Assembly (NCBI GenBank): GCA_964035545.1
Contig: OZ037766.1
Location: 23,924,126 to 23,988,125, forward strand
DNA from: Bugula neritina
Lineage: Eukaryota; Animalia; Bryozoa
Direction of reading: 5' to 3'
Length of the DNA: 64,000 bases
Shown: positions 59,537-64,000 of the stretch, one piece after another
Position numbering within the stretch: the stretch's first letter is position 1
Layout: every line of letters starts with the position of its first letter
Position numbers and translations under genes: made by a program
Notes under the pieces: model-generated
Database searches by the model: none
What the model saw: only the letters and a program-made list of their open reading frames with translations
Told to the model about the DNA's origin: nothing

Positions 59537-62500
59537 CTAGTAACAGCTGTCACTGGCAGCGTCATATGTCAAAGTCTCGTCAGCACAGGTGGAGATAAGC
59601 AGCAGGTGTATAGCTTCTCCTTCATCATTCTCTTCTGCATTCACAATTCTGTTGAAATATTTCAAAGTGAAAAACAGTAAAATAGGTTTAAAGCATTTTA
59701 TTATTCTGTGCATAACAGAGAAATGAAACATGAATCATGATATAATTATATTGCCTTTGCTTTAATATTACTATTATGATTACCTTTTACTTATAGTATT
59801 TGTACAACCATTACATTATAATTATTTACAGTACATGAGTATCAATATTGCACTGTACTTACATCACATTAGTATACATTCACTATACTATACATTACAT
59901 TAGTATCAATATTATACACTGTACTTACAGTACATTAGTATTATTAATATTACACACTATACTTATATTACATTACTAATAATATTACATTGTATACTTA
60001 CAGTACATTAGTATTACCATTACACTGTACATACATTACATTAGTATTATTACTACGCTATACTTACGGTTGGCTAAGGGTCGGAATCACAATCTCAGAG
60101 TATTTTGTCTCGTGATCAACCAGCCTCTGTATCAGAGTAACTCTCAAGTCACCAGGAACTTCCTTTGTGTCAACAGAGTACACATTGTCAGTTGGCCAAT
60201 AGACTGTCAGCACATTTTTGTCACATTCATATAAAGGTGACATCTCAGTAGACATGTGACAGTCTAAATAATATAAAACAAATGCAGTACAGCCAAAATT
60301 GGCAGTATTTGGTACAATTAATCTCATTAATATAATAATGAAGGATTCTTTCAATCAATAATTAGTCAAATATTTTTTATAACTTCTGGCAATTTTTCAT
60401 TAATATATCTCGTTCTTTAGACTCAAGCACAATAAATCTGAATACGAAATATTTAATTTCACTAGTATTGGTTTAACCATTGCTATATAATGACAAAATT
60501 ACGAATACGGTCTAAAGCTGACTCTGTACACATGTGTGCCATTTTTTGCTAAACTGTTTATCTGAAATGAGTAGTCTTTGTATCATGGTACTAAGTTAAA
60601 CAAAAGATAACGTAGAAATCAAGGTTTATTAATCACTTTGCATTTTTCAAAGTGTGCAAAACAATTTGGTCATTACTGTGGTTGTCCCTTTTTCTCTCAT
60701 AATGTTTATATAAAAGATATGATGATCTTGAGTCCGTAACAGCTTTAAGTATTATGTATTTACCATTTGCACAAATTATCTGAAAATGGCTTCTTTGATG
60801 AGACAAGGAGTTTCTAAGAGAATATCTGTTGTAGGCATTTCTCAGAGTATTGCACGAGACATGATATTTTGCCATATATGTTAGCCTTCTTACAATTGGT
60901 GATTCTGCAAATAAACAATTTCATAATAGAACAAATAAAATATTAGCAATTAAGCACAATCTAAATGAAAAAAATATTTATGTACCACTTCAAGCTATTA
61001 AAAGTCTTTTCATTTTTTCTTATTCGTCAGACAATGTTATGTACCATATAAGGCTAAATTCATAGCTTGCCTAAAACATTGATGTAATACTAGCACTCAA
61101 CTGTGTAGTAAGATTTAGTAAACTGATAGACTCCTTTTGGAAACGATACTGTATTACTGCCCGAGAGTGTGACTTTAGCTGTCTCATGGCCAGGAGTTAG
61201 GTATGTGGTACGTAATATTGGTGTATGGGCATGAAACATGGAACCATTTTATAGAAAGCAGTGACCCATGTAAGCTAATGTCATTATTGCAAAAAATTGA
61301 AAATTAATTTGCAGTGAAAATAGCTTGTTTCACTGAATAGACATGAGTCATAGCTAAATACACAAAAATTTGCATTTGTTATACTAAAAACAGACCAGTA
61401 AATTCTGACTTTCAGCTACAGTGTGAAAAGAAAGATAAAAGGGATGAACTAATGTTTTGCTAGCTGCTAAATTTGGGGCAGCATGTTGTGAACTCTTACA
61501 GCTGCTGTTTTGCAGGCATGGGATCAGCCATTGAAACAGTTGCTGATTGCATACATGCACAGGTTTTGGAATGCTGTGCTTCTATGTAGCAAATTGGACC
61601 AGCTTAGTTTGCTACTTAGAAACGCAGCATTCCAAAACTTGACACAACCTTTGAATATCCATATTGTAAATTTATAGTATCATTAGAAAAAAATAGAAAA
61701 TTACTTTCTTGACTGAAACCAGCTTACGTATATTAAATCATGTTTTGAAGTAAAGTATATTATATAGATGCTTAAATTCTGTTTTCAAAAAAATTTATGA
61801 GCGTTGGTTTAAGAGTATAACGAAGTAGCGGTGGTCTGGCGGTTAAAGCACTTGCTTAGTAAGCACAAAGTCAATGGTTTGAATCTTAGCAAAAGCAATT
61901 GGTGATGTTAGAAAGAGCATCCAGTCATAAATGCTCCTGCATGTACAACATGTAAATAAATCTTCAGTCTGTCTAAAACCCTTTCTTATTAGGGATGGCG
62001 ACTATAAACCCATGTGGGTATAAAGATATTTTTTTGTTTAACAAAATCTTTCTTCTTGTTAACGACACATAATGCTGTGCTGACTTACCAAAAACATCAA
62101 TAAAATAAATTGACTTGTCATTCCCATGTGTTTTAGCAAACATGTATGAGCCTTTGGGAAAGTACCAGGTGTATTCACTGTTTGGCAACTGCACTGCTGT
62201 CATGTTTTGACCAGGATTTAGAATAATGCTGATGTTTTCCCCAACAGATAAACAAGTACCCACTGCAATGAAAATATGTAAAGTTACATCAAACTTCAAA
62301 GTGTTAGAGTTTGTAAGGAAATGATTTCAATACCATGTAGCAGCATAATATTGGCAGATTTCTGTATTAAACAACTAGTCCATGTTGAATCATGAATACA
62401 ATATGAAGAATGTATACGGGCTTTTTATAGCAAAAATAGATTAAAGATTTGCATTAATTGACTTTTGCAAACTAAAATATCACGAATACAACACCTACAA

Positions 62501-63905
62501 CTGTTACCTTGGTCAATATGATCACCAGATATTGCTCTAACATAAAGCTCAGTTGGTTTACATTGAGTATTGGAGTCATTGGAGAAACCAGAACTGCAAC
62601 CTTCGCTATTGAGAGAGTCCAGACTGTGGTAGCCAGATTTACATGTGTCACAGTTTAAGCCTTCAACATTTATCTGTATTTACAAATACAGCAGCATAAT
62701 TAGAATCGACCAGCATATAATGTTATCACAAATTTCCGAATAAAGTGTTTTAAAAACCAGAATGTACGCATAATGCTTTCAATCTGATTTCCTAAATTGA
62801 ACAATCTAACAATTGGTTGCATGGTAAACTTGTTAACAATTTGCCAAAGTACAACTTGCTAAATGCAACAATTTTACCTGATAACTATTTGATAAGATCA
62901 GTGTGTGACTATTATTGCTATATATCAGCCATGTGTCTTACCTTGCATTTGCATTGACCAGTCACGCTGTCACATTTCACGGTATTATTGAAGCTGCCAG
63001 CCTCTACACACTGACATAGCTTGCACCCATTGACCCCAAAGTCATAGTAGTTAGCACTGCACCTATCACATTTCAAACCTTCTACTCCGGGCATACACGT
63101 GCACTGCCCATTCATGTCGCACTGTGGACTCAGAGCTCCTGAGATATAATATAATTTGTATAAATGAAGTATTATTAAGTATTATATTATGAGCTTTCAA
63201 ATGAAATCAATTCTATAATCAGCTTCATGTTGAGGGTGACTGAGTGCAATAGTTTGGGGTTCTCGGGTTGGAAATTGGGCGCTCTAATTTCAAATTCAAA
63301 CTTGAGAATCCCAAACTTCTGCACTCGGTCACCCCCAACTGGAGCTGTCTATAAAGCTATTCTTCCAAATGTGTGTCTCAAACAATTTATTTGATTGCTG
63401 TAGAAAAAAGCAAAGGCTCAAAATTTCAAATAATTACATAATACAAGTTATCCGTATATAATGTTGCCGTAATTATTACAAAAGCTACCCATTCATAGCC
63501 ACATTTTTAAATTATCAACTCACACAATTTCTAAACTTTTAAAGTGTAAGAAATGCATTTAAATATCTGAAATACTTACGGAGCAAAATCAGTTATTTCT
63601 GTAACAACTCTATATGTCAATGTATGAAAAATTTGTTTTAAGCTTGATAAACATGCCTAAGCCTGCAGTAATGCATATAACTATTGCCTGTTAAACATAC
63701 ATCCTAGTGCACATACCTATTTCGCTACATTCACACTCTATACACAGATTTGCAGGAGTTTTTCTGAAATAATTTGCTTTGCATTTTTCACAGTGAGGAC
63801 CATCTGTGAAATCTGAGCAGTTCTGGCAGTATCCACCAGAGCCGGTCTGGTCATAGAGGGTTTGGTTGAAGACACAGCTATTAGATTTATTATTACACTG
63901 GCATT
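59537..63905 (-). CDS. Chimeric protein: laminin gamma-type LE (laminin-EGF) repeats fused to a HYR-like exon and the same C-terminal module as the neighbouring NHL gene (5' end beyond window)
   Basis: Exons 63905-63717, 63138-62942, 62673-62508, 62262-62089, 60904-60764, 60263-60068, 59648-59537 (TAG). The LE sequence CQCNNKSNSCVFNQTLYDQTGSGGYCQNCSDFTDGPHCEKC...CKINVEGLNCDTCKSGY follows the laminin gamma-1 short-arm LE2-LE4 pattern as I recall it. The last three exons are paralogous to 54324-52713. Confidence 0.75.
59820..60060. repeat. Intronic minisatellite (tacattagtatt..tacactgtact), with a shorter paralogous array at ~52960-53100
   Basis: The same ~30-35-bp degenerate unit occurs in the equivalent intron of both paralogous genes. 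Confidence 0.7.
61071..61232 (-). pseudogene. Pseudo-exon: inactivated copy of the HYR-like exon 54625-54795
   Basis: Near-identical to 54625-54782 but with a 4-nt insertion (ggtaCGTAat near 61211), CAG>TAG stop (cta at 61090-61092), donor GT>GC and no acceptor. Confidence 0.8.
61562..61640. repeat. Short palindrome
   Basis: gttttggaatgctg..tcta..tagcaaa / tttgcta..tagaa..cagcattccaaaac. Confidence 0.55.
61822..62010 (+). mobile_element. tRNA-derived SINE, copy 4
   Basis: tggtctggcggttaaagcacttgcttagtaagca head, ggtgatgttagaaagagcatccagtcataa core, agggatggcgactataaac tail. Confidence 0.75.
63212..63357. mobile_element. Short palindromic MITE (family also at ~11960-12110 and, more diverged, ~18053-18227)
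   Basis: gggtgactgagtgca...tttggggttctc vs gagaatcccaaac..tgcactcggtcaccc inverted arms; a similar ggggcgattgagtgcag / ctgcacttagtcactcc pair lies near 12000. Confidence 0.65.
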
Positions 63906-64000
63906 CTACAAAAGTCATTTTGTGAGTGAGTTATATTACAGCAAAATTTGCTGCGATATAACTCACTCACGGGACTTTTCTTAAATTTAAATTTAAGAAA

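Noticed and set aside
52713-63905. Treating the laminin-like and NHL regions as one gene
   Set aside because: There is a stop codon at 59537, and the NHL gene has its own ATG and signal-peptide exons at 57708 and 56516. Rare read-through splicing cannot be excluded without cDNA.

Overview
AT-rich, intron-rich animal genomic DNA. It is an invertebrate; the NHL-propeller family and repeat landscape suggest a lophotrochozoan such as a bryozoan, but that is inference. I built six spliced gene models by hand from GT-AG junctions with consistent phases. (1) The 3' end of a secreted mucin-like gene with tandemly duplicated SEA-like/Thr-rich exons and two terminal EGF domains (+, <1-3770). (2) A 7-exon UCP-type mitochondrial carrier (-, 5588-10048). 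(3) A 25-exon TPR protein with a long disordered N-terminus (+, 14807-29614). (4) A 32-exon SVEP1/polydom-like gene that stops right after the pentraxin domain (-, 31542-51191). (5) A secreted NHL beta-propeller + HYR-like + novel C-terminal module gene (-, 52713-57708). (6) A laminin-gamma-derived LE-repeat gene ending in a ~88%-identical copy of the same C-terminal module (-, 59537->63905), with a dead copy of gene 5's HYR-like exon in one intron. The most notable signal is genes 5 and 6: recent exon shuffling has put unrelated N-terminal heads onto one shared constant tail. Introns also carry four copies of a tRNA-Thr-derived SINE, several palindromic MITEs, minisatellites and long microsatellites.
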